Shown: positions 22,068-31,565, numbered from the stretch's first letter. The stretch: 64,000 bases of DNA from an uncultured Bacteroidia bacterium (GCA_902785755.1 CACZZO010000010.1:43762-107761); one strand, 5' to 3'. Numbers and translations: made by a program. Notes: generated from the letters alone by a model not told the origin.

Positions 22068-22823
22068 TTATTCAATCGTTTGCTCGATATACTGATAGAA
22101 AGTGGAGTCGTTTTCCTTCACTTTTGAAACCAACCTGCTCTTTTCATCATAGTTATAGATATAACCCTCCTCAAGAATATTGTGTGCAGCATGGCGTTCC
22201 ACCAAGAAATAAGCATCGCTTCCTCCAAGCATAAAGGCCAAGGGGAAACCCGTAAAGACCGAAGGTTTGCCATCATAAGCAATCGTGGAGGTCAAGGTGT
22301 CGGCTTGTTCGGCGGGGAAAATGACATATTTCGTCAATTGCGTGGCATCGCCATCCACCCAAGTCAAATGGTACTTGTTTATTGTGGATTCCAAATCATA
22401 AATCACTTCCTCCACTTTGCCGTCAGCGTTGTAAGAAGTAATTTCCCCACTATACAAAGTGTCGTTATTATTAATGTCAACGAAGGTCTTCAGCAAGCCA
22501 TCCTCGTAGGTGAAGTAATGCGTCCACTTTCCGCTAACTTCCTCAGTTCTCACGATGTTTCCGTTTTCATAAACATAGTTTTGCGCAGTAACTACAGTAA
22601 GCATTGGAGTGATTATGGAATCTTGCTCTTGGATTAGGTTGCCGTTTTCCCATGAGTAATTAGATACCATTCTCGTTTCCATTCCATTTGGCATGACATT
22701 CTTGTGGACAATGCTTGCCAAACGCGACACGGTTTGAGGTTCAGGAGTCGGCCCTGGTGTCGGCTCTGGTTGAGGATCCTTTTTGCACCCTGTGAGTGCC
22801 ATTGCAGCAACACATGCTGCCAA
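22068..22823 (-). CDS. hypothetical lipoprotein; start codon uncertain
   Basis: The track start is a TTG, which gives MAACVAAMALTGC. The in-frame upstream codons read I-T-K-K-L-L-L with no ATG/GTG/TTG, so the true start may be the ATA at 22839-22841. A TATTTTTG box lies on the minus strand at 22865-22872. Confidence 0.55.
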   Translation of the reverse strand: MAACVAAMALTGCKKDPQPEPTPGPTPEPQTVSRLASIVHKNVMPNGMETRMVSNYSWENGNLIQEQDSIITPMLTVVTAQNYVYENGNIVRTEEVSGKWTHYFTYEDGLLKTFVDINNNDTLYSGEITSYNADGKVEEVIYDLESTINKYHLTWVDGDATQLTKYVIFPAEQADTLTSTIAYDGKPSVFTGFPLAFMLGGSDAYFLVERHAAHNILEEGYIYNYDEKSRLVSKVKENDSTFYQYIEQTIE

Positions 22824-22901
22824 TAATAGTTTCTTTGTTATAAGAATAAATTTTAAAGTGGCGGCAAAAATACGGAATATTTCAATAGATTCGCCAACAA
22901 A

Positions 22902-24071
22902 TTAAAAATCAAACACCATTTTCAACCTTTTCATCGCCTCTTCCACCGTGCTTCGCGGGCAAGCCAAGTTGATGCGGAAAAAGCCGCTGCCTGCCTCTTT
23001 GCCAAAGTCTTTTCCACGATTAAGGCCAAGTTGCGCTTCTTGGGTCATTTTGTGCCAAAGTTCCTCTTCGGTCAAGCCATAGCCATTGAAATCGAGCCAC
23101 ATCATATAGGTGGCTTGCGGCTTGTGGAACTTCACCTTGGGCAGGTTTGTGGTCAGGAAATCGGAAACATAATCAATGTTGCCTTGCACATAATCAAGGA
23201 GTTGTACCAACCATTCATCGCCATAAATCATGGCGGCTTGGGTGGAAACCTTGCCGAAAATGTTGCCCAAATGCGCTTCGAGGGCTTCAACGTAGTCGAC
23301 ATACTTCTTTCGAGGTTCCTCGTTGGGGATGATGGCCGTCGAGGTGGCCAATCCCGCAAGGTTGAAGGTCTTTGAAGCTGCGTGGAAAGTGATGCTATTC
23401 ATGGCAAACTCTTGTTCCAAAGAAGCAAAAGGATGATGACGGAAGCCTGGCAACACCAAATCGCAATGGATTTCGTCGGAAATGACCAACACATTGTTTT
23501 TCAAGCAGATTTCGCCCAAAAGCAGCAGTTCGTTTCGCGTCCAGCAACGCCCAACGGGGTTGTGTGGATTGCAGAGAATCAGCATCTTGGCGGTCTTGGT
23601 TTGCTCTACAAGTTCATCGAAATTGAACTCGTAGCCGTCGCCCCTATTAATTAAGGTGTTGTAGACCAACTTTCGCCGGTGGCTCGAAACGGCACTATGG
23701 AAAGGCGGATAAACTGGCGGCTGAATGATGATTTCATCCCCAGGCTCGGTGAAAGCCAACACCGCCATATTGAAACCACACACCACGCCCGGCACGAATG
23801 ACATCCAATCCTTGTGAACGTTCCAATGGTGCCGACGGAGAATCCATTTCCTAATGGCCTCAAAATAAGCCTCATCCTTGAAATGATAGCCGTAAACGGG
23901 ATGTTCGGCCCGCTTCATCACTGCCTCTCGGACAAAGTCGGGGGTTTCAAAATCCATGTCGGCGACCCACATCGGCAAAACGTTGGGATTGCCAAACACC
24001 TGTTGGCGCAAATCATACTTAACGCAGTTAGTATCAGCGCGATTGATAATCTTGTCGAAATCGTATTTCAT
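22902..24071 (-). CDS. PLP-dependent C-S lyase / aminotransferase class I-II (PatB/MalY-type cystathionine beta-lyase)
   Basis: I trimmed the track ORF 22902-24254 to MKYDFDKIINRADTNCVKYD (ATG complement 24069-24071). The upstream extension is the antisense of tRNA-Tyr. The N-terminal motif is typical of MalY/PatB. Confidence 0.85.
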   Translation of the reverse strand: MKYDFDKIINRADTNCVKYDLRQQVFGNPNVLPMWVADMDFETPDFVREAVMKRAEHPVYGYHFKDEAYFEAIRKWILRRHHWNVHKDWMSFVPGVVCGFNMAVLAFTEPGDEIIIQPPVYPPFHSAVSSHRRKLVYNTLINRGDGYEFNFDELVEQTKTAKMLILCNPHNPVGRCWTRNELLLLGEICLKNNVLVISDEIHCDLVLPGFRHHPFASLEQEFAMNSITFHAASKTFNLAGLATSTAIIPNEEPRKKYVDYVEALEAHLGNIFGKVSTQAAMIYGDEWLVQLLDYVQGNIDYVSDFLTTNLPKVKFHKPQATYMMWLDFNGYGLTEEELWHKMTQEAQLGLNRGKDFGKEAGSGFFRINLACPRSTVEEAMKRLKMVFDF

Positions 24072-24143
24072 CACTTGTCGTTTTTGTGCCGCAAAGTTGC
24101 GAAAAAAATCTTTGGGTTTTGCGGCAGGTATGGAAAAAAGATG

Positions 24144-24151
24144 TACTTTTG
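24144..24151 (+). promoter_or_regulatory. -7 box TACTTTTG for tRNA-Tyr
   Basis: 30 nt upstream of the tRNA 5' end. Confidence 0.5.
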
Positions 24152-24181
24152 CCGCGTCAAACGACAACGTTCTTTGATTTC

Positions 24182-24263
24182 GGGGGAGTCGCATAGTGGC
24201 AATTGCAACAGACTGTAAATCTGTCCGGGTATCCGTTCGGTGGTTCGAGTCCACCCTCCCCCA
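24182..24263 (+). tRNA. tRNA-Tyr (anticodon GTA), long variable arm
   Basis: Hand-folded. Acceptor stem GGGGGAG/CTCCCCC, anticodon loop CTGTAAA, T arm GGTGG-TTCGAGT-CCACC, discriminator A. No encoded CCA. Confidence 0.9.
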
Positions 24264-24342
24264 CCCTAAAACAAAAAATCAGCCCCTAAAAAGTTTTTTT
24301 TGAAAAAACCTCGTTTTTTTCGTTCAGCATACAACAAATACC

Positions 24343-24350
24343 TATCTTTG
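24343..24350 (+). promoter_or_regulatory. -7 box TATCTTTG for the RRM protein gene
   Basis: 17 nt upstream of ATG 24368. Confidence 0.55.
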
Positions 24351-24367
24351 CATCAAATTTACACTTT

Positions 24368-24697
24368 ATGAAGATATTTGTCGCCAAATTAGCATTCAGA
24401 ACCACTACTGAAGATTTAAGATTATTGTTTGAGAAATACGGCAAGGTCGATACTTGCAAGGTCATTATGGATCACGAAACTGGACGGTCGAAATGCTATG
24501 GATTTGTTGAGATGCCCAACGACGACGAGGCATACAAAGCCATAGTTGAGACGGACGAAACGGTATTCATGGGTAACGAGTTGCAAGTCAAGAAGTCGAG
24601 ACCGCAGGCCAACGCAGACTCGAAGCCTGAAAAGCCGACACGCCCCAAGCGTCCGCACCATCCATACATTCCTCCCGTACAAGAAAACAACGCATAG
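24368..24697 (+). CDS. RNA-binding protein with RRM (RNP-1) domain
   Basis: 109 aa. RNP-2 IFVAKL and RNP-1 KCYGFVEM, with a basic/proline-rich tail. Confidence 0.85.
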   Translation: MKIFVAKLAFRTTTEDLRLLFEKYGKVDTCKVIMDHETGRSKCYGFVEMPNDDEAYKAIVETDETVFMGNELQVKKSRPQANADSKPEKPTRPKRPHHPYIPPVQENNA

Positions 24698-24755
24698 GAA
24701 TAAAGGTTTTTCGCTTTTTTTCGCGAAAGTAAGTCCAACGCATTGAAAAAAGTCG

Positions 24756-24763
24756 TACCTTTG
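24756..24763 (+). promoter_or_regulatory. -7 box TACCTTTG for tRNA-Arg
   Basis: 61 nt upstream of the tRNA 5' end. Confidence 0.45.
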
Positions 24764-24824
24764 CACCCGCAAATCGCAAGATTGGCTTTCGCCGAATCGG
24801 AGATTTCAACGCAGTTAAAGCGAT

Positions 24825-24898
24825 GGCCTGGTAGCTCAGCTGGATAGAGCAACAGCCTTCTAAGCTGTGGGTCTTGGGTTCGAATCCCAACCGGGTCA
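24825..24898 (+). tRNA. tRNA-Arg (anticodon TCT)
   Basis: Hand-folded. Acceptor stem GGCCTGG/CCGGGTC (two G-U pairs), D arm GCTC-AGCTGGATA-GAGC, anticodon loop CTTCTAA, T arm TTGGG-TTCGAAT-CCCAA. Confidence 0.9.
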
Positions 24899-24902
24899 CC
24901 TT

Positions 24903-24935
24903 CCCCTAATTGATTCTCAATCGGTTAGGGGTTTT
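24903..24935 (+). terminator. terminator after tRNA-Arg
   Basis: CCCCTAA...TTAGGGG stem (extended by ATTGA/TCAAT) followed by TTTT. Confidence 0.65.
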
Positions 24936-24967
24936 GTTTATTGATTAATCCTTGCTTTTAAATCAAA

Positions 24968-25840
24968 ATGGCAAACGATACCCAATCCAATACCACAACC
25001 ATCAAATGCCTCAACTGCGGCACAGAATTCCAAGGGAATTTCTGCCCCGAGTGCGGACAAGCCGCTGAAACCGGGCGGTTCACTATGAAGTTCATCTACG
25101 AAAACCTCCTTGCGGCTTTCATCAGCAAGGACGGCGGCATCTGGTTCACCCTCAAGAACTTGTTCATCCGACCAGGCGAGATGATCGTCGAAATCCTCAA
25201 GGGCAAGCGTAGAAGCTACTTCTCCCCTTTCCCGATGCTGTTTTTCACATTGACGGTTCTCATCTTATTGTTCTCAATTACAGGCAGTCGCGAAGATATC
25301 AAATCAATTGAACAAGAGATTATCAAGGCTGAGAAAGATGGGAAAACCGAACTTGTTGTGAATGGGTCATCGACAGAAAAAGGCAGATCCGAGTTTTTTA
25401 AGTTAATAGGCCATACTATCACTTTTTATAACAACCATTACACCGCCGTTACCATGCTGACCATCCCCTTGTTCCTTTTCGTCACAAGGGCATGGTATGG
25501 TAAAACCAACAGGAAACGCTATTATCGGGCAGAATATTTGATTGCCATCGCCTATTCTATGGTCATGGTGGTTCTCTATCGATGTTTAATCAGTCTGATG
25601 TATATGTTTTCCAGAAACGTTTCCGATTCCATGAGTAATTTTGTTCCTCTTGTCATTGTTGCAGCCCTAACCGCTTGTTTCCGAAAGATGTTGGGGTTCA
25701 GCATTACCAAAACCGCATGGCGAAGCATCTTGGCGTTAGTGTTGTATTACATCATTTTAGGAATTGTCCTATTGTCAATACTCATTCTTGTTTTCCTCAT
25801 CGTTTATGTTCCTATCATAAAGCAGAAAAACGGGGTATAG
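24968..25840 (+). CDS. DUF3667-like membrane protein with N-terminal zinc ribbon
   Basis: 290 aa. CLNCGTEFQGNFCPECGQ is followed by several TM helices. Confidence 0.7.
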   Translation: MANDTQSNTTTIKCLNCGTEFQGNFCPECGQAAETGRFTMKFIYENLLAAFISKDGGIWFTLKNLFIRPGEMIVEILKGKRRSYFSPFPMLFFTLTVLILLFSITGSREDIKSIEQEIIKAEKDGKTELVVNGSSTEKGRSEFFKLIGHTITFYNNHYTAVTMLTIPLFLFVTRAWYGKTNRKRYYRAEYLIAIAYSMVMVVLYRCLISLMYMFSRNVSDSMSNFVPLVIVAALTACFRKMLGFSITKTAWRSILALVLYYIILGIVLLSILILVFLIVYVPIIKQKNGV

Positions 25841-25851
25841 ACAAGGTTTTG

Positions 25852-27354
25852 TCACTTTGACCGCCAAAAACTCCGAGAGAACAACAGTAAGATGGTGAAG
25901 ATTTCCAAACGCCCGACGAGCATGTCGAACGAAAGGAGCCATTTGGCGGCATTGGGAATGGCGTCGAAATTGCCGCTCGGTCCTGTGATGCCTGAGCCGG
26001 GACCGTAGTTGCTGAAACAGGTCAGGAAGGAAATGCACGAGTCCTCCATCTTCATCCCTGTTGCAGTGAGTAGCGCGACATTGATAATGAACAAGATGAA
26101 GAACAACGAGAAAAACGAAACGACGCGCTTCACCGACATCTCCTCGACCCGCTGGTCGGAAATCTTGATTGTATAAACACTTGATGGGTGAATCAGCTCG
26201 TAAATGGACTTCCTGATGTACTTGAACAGCACAATAACACGTATCATTTTAATGCCACCGCTGGTGGAGCCTGCACAGCCGCCCACAATCATCATCGCGA
26301 CCGTCGGAATGAGGAAGAGGCGGCCCCAAAGGTCGTAGTCGTAGTTGCTGCCTTGGAAACCCGTGTTCGACAGCACTGCCACCACATGGAACAGCGAAGT
26401 GCGCACACGCTCGGCCTCGCTCTGTGGATGGGAAGCCAATTGTTCATCAGTAATCACATCAAAATGAGGGGCAAAATAGAATCGAGCCATGAAAATCACC
26501 GTGAAGCCGAGAATGGCAACCAAGTACCAATGCAGTTCCTCGTTGCGCCGAATCACATCGAAACGGTTGTTGAACAGGAAATGGTACATGGCAAAGTTGA
26601 TGCCCGCCAACAGCATGAAGAAGATGCAAACATACTCGACATAACTCGACTGGAAATAACCGATACTTGCCTGATGCGTGCTGAAACCGCCTGTGGCAAT
26701 GGTCGTCAGGGCGTGGCAAACGGCATCAAAAGTGTTCATCGGGCCAAGCCGGTAGGCTATGGCGCAAAGCAGCGTCAAAACTATGTAGATGATCCAAAGC
26801 AGGCGCGAAGTGGCACCCATCGTAGGCGCCAATTTCTCCACACTCAAGCCCGGCGCCTCGGCAGCGAAAAGCGACATTTTCTTGGAACCTTTTGCCACCG
26901 ACGGGATGAAGGCCAAAGTGAAAACCACAACTCCCAAACCACCCATCCACTGCATGATGCTACGCCAAAACAGGATGCCATGCGGCTGACTGTCAATGTT
27001 GTCGAGCACTGTGGCACCCGTGGTTGAAAACCCCGACATCGTCTCGAAAAACGCATCGGTGACATTGTCCATCGTGCCGTACATCAGGAAAGGCAGCATC
27101 CCGAAAATGGAAAACAGCACCCACGACAAAGCCACCACAAAAAAAGTGTCCCGAATCTGCAAAGTGCTCTTTTTTAGCATGTTGCCGATGTTGTAGAAAA
27201 GCAATCCCACTGCACCCGTAAGGCCTGCGGTAAGGAGGAAATAAGGGGCATCGCCCTCGCCCGCCGTGTGCTGATAGTGCAATGCCACCCCCGCCGTCAG
27301 CAGAAGTGCCGCAGCCTCAATCAGCAACAATACACCAAACAGCTTGCTTTTCAT
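25852..27354 (-). CDS. trkH: TrkH/KtrB-family potassium uptake protein
   Basis: 500 aa, polytopic. Repeated pore-loop-like segments (SGFSTTGATV, TIATGGFSTH, LSNTGFQG, SNYGPG) are typical of the Trk/Ktr family. Confidence 0.9.
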   Translation of the reverse strand: MKSKLFGVLLLIEAAALLLTAGVALHYQHTAGEGDAPYFLLTAGLTGAVGLLFYNIGNMLKKSTLQIRDTFFVVALSWVLFSIFGMLPFLMYGTMDNVTDAFFETMSGFSTTGATVLDNIDSQPHGILFWRSIMQWMGGLGVVVFTLAFIPSVAKGSKKMSLFAAEAPGLSVEKLAPTMGATSRLLWIIYIVLTLLCAIAYRLGPMNTFDAVCHALTTIATGGFSTHQASIGYFQSSYVEYVCIFFMLLAGINFAMYHFLFNNRFDVIRRNEELHWYLVAILGFTVIFMARFYFAPHFDVITDEQLASHPQSEAERVRTSLFHVVAVLSNTGFQGSNYDYDLWGRLFLIPTVAMMIVGGCAGSTSGGIKMIRVIVLFKYIRKSIYELIHPSSVYTIKISDQRVEEMSVKRVVSFFSLFFILFIINVALLTATGMKMEDSCISFLTCFSNYGPGSGITGPSGNFDAIPNAAKWLLSFDMLVGRLEIFTILLLFSRSFWRSK

Positions 27355-27504
27355 ATTGTTTCATTTATCCTCCCCGATGTTTTTGACCCTGACGTTTCAC
27401 ATCGGGTTTACTACCTTCGATGTTTCGCTCCGGATTTTTAACCCCGACGTTTCACGCTGGGTTGTGTTATTTCGCCCTTTCAGGGCTATGCCCTCCTCTC
27501 AAAC

Positions 27505-27545
27505 AACTCTAAACTCTACACTCTCAACTCTAAACTGTAAACTAA
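27505..27545 (-). repeat. tandem 7-8-nt GTTTAGAG-type words (read on the minus strand) at the start of the trkH leader
   Basis: The plus strand reads CAACTCTAAACTCTACACTCTCAACTCTAAACTGTAAACTAA. Confidence 0.75.
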
Positions 27546-27955
27546 CCCCACGGTTGCGCCCATCCCTCGCCATAGTCGAAGTCGTCGCCATCCTCCCCCT
27601 CATCCTTTTCCTTATAAGAATGGTCGTCGTAGGGCTTCAGCCATGTCCTGAACTTGTGCGAAGGTATCGCGGTTATCTCGCCGTCGGCCTCGGGCGAAAC
27701 GGCAATGTCAATCTCATCGTTGGCCAATTCCTTGAGCCAGTGGCTTAACTCCGAAAAGCCCATATCAGTCACGGTGTAGCCTTCCCAGTCGCCTTGCGCG
27801 GCTTTCGCGGCCAATTCCTCTGATTCCCAAAGCGGTATGTAGGGTTCACCGTCATTGTCCTCCAACATGGCGAAAAAGCCTTCCTTGGCCTCAAGCAGCC
27901 ACACCTTGCGCGTTTCAAGGATGGCGTCAATGAATCTTTTGAGTTTGTTTTCCAT
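27542..27955 (-). CDS. DUF2750-like small acidic protein
   Basis: 137 aa. VWLLEAKEGFFAMLEDNDGEPYIPLWESEELAAKAA matches my recollection of the DUF2750 pattern. It lies 2 nt downstream of yidC. Confidence 0.55.
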   Translation of the reverse strand: MENKLKRFIDAILETRKVWLLEAKEGFFAMLEDNDGEPYIPLWESEELAAKAAQGDWEGYTVTDMGFSELSHWLKELANDEIDIAVSPEADGEITAIPSHKFRTWLKPYDDHSYKEKDEGEDGDDFDYGEGWAQPWG

Positions 27956-27957
27956 CG

Positions 27958-29901
27958 TTAGCGTCTTTTTTGTTGTTGCTGCAATTTAGCCTGTTGCTTT
28001 TGGGCTTCTTCAAGGCGTTTCTGGAAATTCGACTTCTTCTGCGGCTTCTTCTTGTTTTCCTCGATGGTGGCACGCACCTTGTTCTCGTCAATCATCCTGC
28101 GGAAAATGAACATCTGGATAAAGGTGATGATATTCACCAACATATAGTAATAACTCAGGCCAGAGGAATAGTTGTTGAAGATGGCGAAGAACATGATGGG
28201 CATGAGATACATCATCCACTTCATGGGCTTCATTTGCGGGTTGCTCGTGTAGTCCATCTGCTTGTTGTTCACCCAAGTATAGATGAGTGTGGTGATGGTC
28301 ATCAGGATGGTGAACAAGCTGAGGTGGTCCATGCCGAGGAATTTCGGGAACTCAACGATGCTGTCGTAGGTCGAGAGGTCTTCGGCCCAAAGGAAGGGCT
28401 GCTGGCGCAACTCGATACTGGCCGGGAAGAAGCGGAAAATGGCGATAAGGATGGGGAATTGGAGCAAGGCGGGCAAGCATCCCGAAGCGGGACTCACTCC
28501 TGCCTGACGCTGCAAGTTCAGAATAGCTTGTTGCTTCTTCATGGCATCTTCTTCCTTGGGGTATTTCTCGTTGATGGCCTCCATTTCGGGCTTCAGCACG
28601 CGGGTAATGGCCGACGACTTGTAGGACTTGAACGCCAAGGGGAACAGCAAGGTTTTGATAAGGATGGTAAGGATCAGGATGACGATACCATAGTTCCAAC
28701 CATAACTGCTCAACCAATTGAACACGGCAATGACACCGTAGTTAATCCACCTGATTAAGAAGAAGTTACCCAAGTTGATTTGGTCTTGCAAACCGATGCC
28801 GTAACTGCGCAAGGTCTTGAAATGGTTGGGGCCGAAATAGAGTTGCATCGGGATAAGGTTGGTTTCCGACCGCGTGTCGTAAGGCACCTCGATATTGGCC
28901 GACATCGACTTGAAATAGCGCGGATTGTTCGACTTGCGGGTGCGCATGGCCATGTGAGCGTTCTCAAACTCTTCCTTGGCCACAATCACATTGCAGAAGA
29001 AACGCTGCTTGAACGACACCCATTTCAGTTTGCTGTTCACCGTCTGCTCGCCGTCCTTCTGCTCGTTGAGGTGGTCTACATCCTTGTCGGTCAACGACCT
29101 GTAATACACCGTTTCGCCTGCAAAGCGGTCGGTGCTCTTTTCTTGTTTCATCAGATCTACTTCCCAATCGATGGTCATGTAGTCGGCGTTAGTGGCAATC
29201 ACATCCCTCAGCCCGACCGTGCGGATGTCGAAGTCCAACATGTAGTTGTCGTCGTGGATGGTGTAGACATATTCAATGTATTTGCTGGCATCGTCGGTGG
29301 GCAAGCGCAAGGCAAAAACAATGCTGTCGCCCTCGGCTACGGTCATATCGCCACCCTTGTAAGGCCGTCCGTTCATGTAAGGCTGGAAATAGAACAAAGA
29401 GGTGTTCACAATGCGGTTTTGGGCAAAAAACGACAGGTCGAACTTCACCGTTTCGGGGTCAAAGGAAATCAGCGGCAGCGAGTCGTAGGTCTTGTAGTCC
29501 TTCAACTCAACCTGTTTCAAAAAGCCGCCTTTGTTGCTGAAAGTCAACTTTTGGAGTTTGTTCTCGATGGTCCAAGTCTTTTCCGCGCCTTCCGCTGCGA
29601 CGGCGAATATGCCGTATTTGTCGCGTAGGGTGTTTTGCACAAGTTGCGCTCTGCCAAGAGAATCCAAACCTTCCAACTGAATCGTGTCCGATTGCAGGAT
29701 AGCCAACTTGGCATCAGCTTGTCGGCGTTCAACTTCACGAATCGAGTCCAAAACCATTTCTTCGAACATTACGCGCCGAATGGAGTCTTGAATACGCTGT
29801 TGCTCAGCCAATTGCTCCTTCGATGGGGTCATAAAATACATCCAGCCAAAGAGAATGGCCGCGATGAGCACAAAACCAATTAATGTGTTTTTATTGTTCA
29901 T
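27958..29901 (-). CDS. yidC: membrane protein insertase YidC (long Bacteroidota form)
   Basis: 647 aa. N-terminal TM helix, large periplasmic domain, and a C-terminal 5-TM core with the ...GCLPALLQFPILIA... motif. Confidence 0.9.
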   Translation of the reverse strand: MNNKNTLIGFVLIAAILFGWMYFMTPSKEQLAEQQRIQDSIRRVMFEEMVLDSIREVERRQADAKLAILQSDTIQLEGLDSLGRAQLVQNTLRDKYGIFAVAAEGAEKTWTIENKLQKLTFSNKGGFLKQVELKDYKTYDSLPLISFDPETVKFDLSFFAQNRIVNTSLFYFQPYMNGRPYKGGDMTVAEGDSIVFALRLPTDDASKYIEYVYTIHDDNYMLDFDIRTVGLRDVIATNADYMTIDWEVDLMKQEKSTDRFAGETVYYRSLTDKDVDHLNEQKDGEQTVNSKLKWVSFKQRFFCNVIVAKEEFENAHMAMRTRKSNNPRYFKSMSANIEVPYDTRSETNLIPMQLYFGPNHFKTLRSYGIGLQDQINLGNFFLIRWINYGVIAVFNWLSSYGWNYGIVILILTILIKTLLFPLAFKSYKSSAITRVLKPEMEAINEKYPKEEDAMKKQQAILNLQRQAGVSPASGCLPALLQFPILIAIFRFFPASIELRQQPFLWAEDLSTYDSIVEFPKFLGMDHLSLFTILMTITTLIYTWVNNKQMDYTSNPQMKPMKWMMYLMPIMFFAIFNNYSSGLSYYYMLVNIITFIQMFIFRRMIDENKVRATIEENKKKPQKKSNFQKRLEEAQKQQAKLQQQQKRR

Positions 29902-29927
29902 TGGGTATGAATTTTCAAAATGAGCGG

Positions 29928-29935
29928 CAAAGATA
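29928..29935 (-). promoter_or_regulatory. -7 box TATCTTTG for yidC
   Basis: CAAAGATA on the plus strand, 26 nt upstream of the ATG at 29901. Confidence 0.5.
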
Positions 29936-30066
29936 CGAAAAAAAGAGCTTTGGCATCATGGTTTTCACTGAAAACGAAAAAAAAGGGCACGGAACCTTGG
30001 AATGTCCAAAGTCCCGAGCCTCATGTTTGATTGGGTCACTGAGCTTATCGAAGTGCCCTCTGTAGA

Positions 30067-31518
30067 TTAATAATACCTGTAGCTCTTCACCTGGCCGATG
30101 TGGCGGGCGAGGCGGACCACTTGGTTGCTGTAGCCGAACTCGTTGTCGTACCACAGATACAGGATCACGGTTTTGCCATCCGCGCTGACCTTGGTGGCCG
30201 GTGCGTCGAAGATGCAGGCGCAGCTGTCGCCGATGCCATCGCTGCTGACGAACTCGGTGTTATTGCTGAAACGAATCTGCTCAATAAGGTTGCCCTCAAG
30301 GCAAGCAACACGGAAGGCCTCGTTCACTTCCTCGACGGTGGTTTCGCGCTCAAGGTCGAGGGCGAGGACGGCCAAGGAAACATCAGGCGTAGGAACACGC
30401 ACGGCGTTGCTCGTCAGTTTGCCCTTCAATTCGGGGATAGCCTTGGCAGCGGCCTTGCCAGCACCAGTTTCGGTGATGACCATGTTCAACGGGGCTGAAC
30501 GGCCACGACGCTCTTTCTTGTGGTAGTTGTCCAGCAGGTTCTGGTCGTTGGTGTAGCTGTGGATGGTTTCGATGTGGCCTTTTGAGATGCCGAAGTTCTT
30601 CAACATGACTTGCAGGCCAGGCACGATGGCGTTGGTGGTGCAGGAAGCAGCCGAGAAGATGGTCTCGTTCTCGAGGTCGAGTGTGTCTTGGTTGACGCCG
30701 TAAACCACATTCGGGATGTCGCCCTTGCCGGGAGCAGTGAGCAGCACCTTGGCCACGCCCTTGGCTTGGAGGTGACGAGCCAACGACTCACGGTCGCGGA
30801 AAGCACCCGTGTTGTCGATGAGCAACGCATCGTTGATGCCATATTGCGTGTAGTCGAGGTCCTCGGGGTTCTTAGCTTCGAGGAAGAGGATCTTCTGTCC
30901 GTTGACCATCATGGCGTTTTCGCCTTCAATAGGCGTGCAAACACCATGGAAATAGCGGTGTACCGAGTCGGTGCGGAACAGGTTGATACGCTTCAGAATG
31001 TCCTCGGGTGAGTTCTTGCGGGTGACAATGGCGCGCACGCGGAGGGCATCACCACGGCCAGCCATCTCCGTCATTTCGCGGCAAAGGATACGGCCGATAC
31101 GGCCAAAACCATAAAGGATGACATCCTGAACCTTGTTGCTGCGCGGATTGGCATCGATGATGTAGTTGAGTTTGTCGCGGACAAAAGCAGTCACATTGTT
31201 GTTGTACTTGTCTTTCTCATCCGTCCACTCCGAATTGAGGCGACCGAGGTCGATACGGGCGGGAGCCAGATTTTCGGCCAACAATGCCTTGGCGATAAGT
31301 AGTGAGTCTTGCACGCGGACGGGCTTGCCCAAAACAGCCTCGGCGCGGAGGTGCTTGTTCAGAATTTTTCCCGAACCACGGTTGACCAACAAGGAACGCA
31401 ACATAATCAGTTCCACTGACTTGTCGTACCATAACCTGCCAACGATGTTAATCAACTCATTGGCAGCTTTTTCATTTTCATTCCATGCCTTCAAAGAGGT
31501 TTCGAAATTGTCATTCAT
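30067..31518 (-). CDS. gap: glyceraldehyde-3-phosphate dehydrogenase, long (~480 aa) form with N-terminal extension
   Basis: 483 aa. NAD-binding YGFGRIGR and the catalytic ASCTTNA motif follow a ~130-aa extension. Confidence 0.85.
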   Translation of the reverse strand: MNDNFETSLKAWNENEKAANELINIVGRLWYDKSVELIMLRSLLVNRGSGKILNKHLRAEAVLGKPVRVQDSLLIAKALLAENLAPARIDLGRLNSEWTDEKDKYNNNVTAFVRDKLNYIIDANPRSNKVQDVILYGFGRIGRILCREMTEMAGRGDALRVRAIVTRKNSPEDILKRINLFRTDSVHRYFHGVCTPIEGENAMMVNGQKILFLEAKNPEDLDYTQYGINDALLIDNTGAFRDRESLARHLQAKGVAKVLLTAPGKGDIPNVVYGVNQDTLDLENETIFSAASCTTNAIVPGLQVMLKNFGISKGHIETIHSYTNDQNLLDNYHKKERRGRSAPLNMVITETGAGKAAAKAIPELKGKLTSNAVRVPTPDVSLAVLALDLERETTVEEVNEAFRVACLEGNLIEQIRFSNNTEFVSSDGIGDSCACIFDAPATKVSADGKTVILYLWYDNEFGYSNQVVRLARHIGQVKSYRYY

Positions 31519-31565
31519 ACTTGTAATTTTTATTCAACATTGGGTTAATTCAACTTAATTTTTCG

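Noticed and set aside
24072-24254. N-terminal 61-codon extension of the PatB/MalY-type ORF (track start at 24254).
   Set aside because: The extension is the antisense of tRNA-Tyr (24182-24263) and its promoter. The family-typical N-terminus MKYDFDKIINR begins at 24071.
29977-30059. Long hairpin (AGGGCAC...GTGCCCT) followed by a T8 run on the minus strand, as the gap terminator.
   Set aside because: The 7-bp stem encloses a loop of about 62 nt whose inner pairing I could not confirm by hand. It is plausible but too weak to list as a feature.
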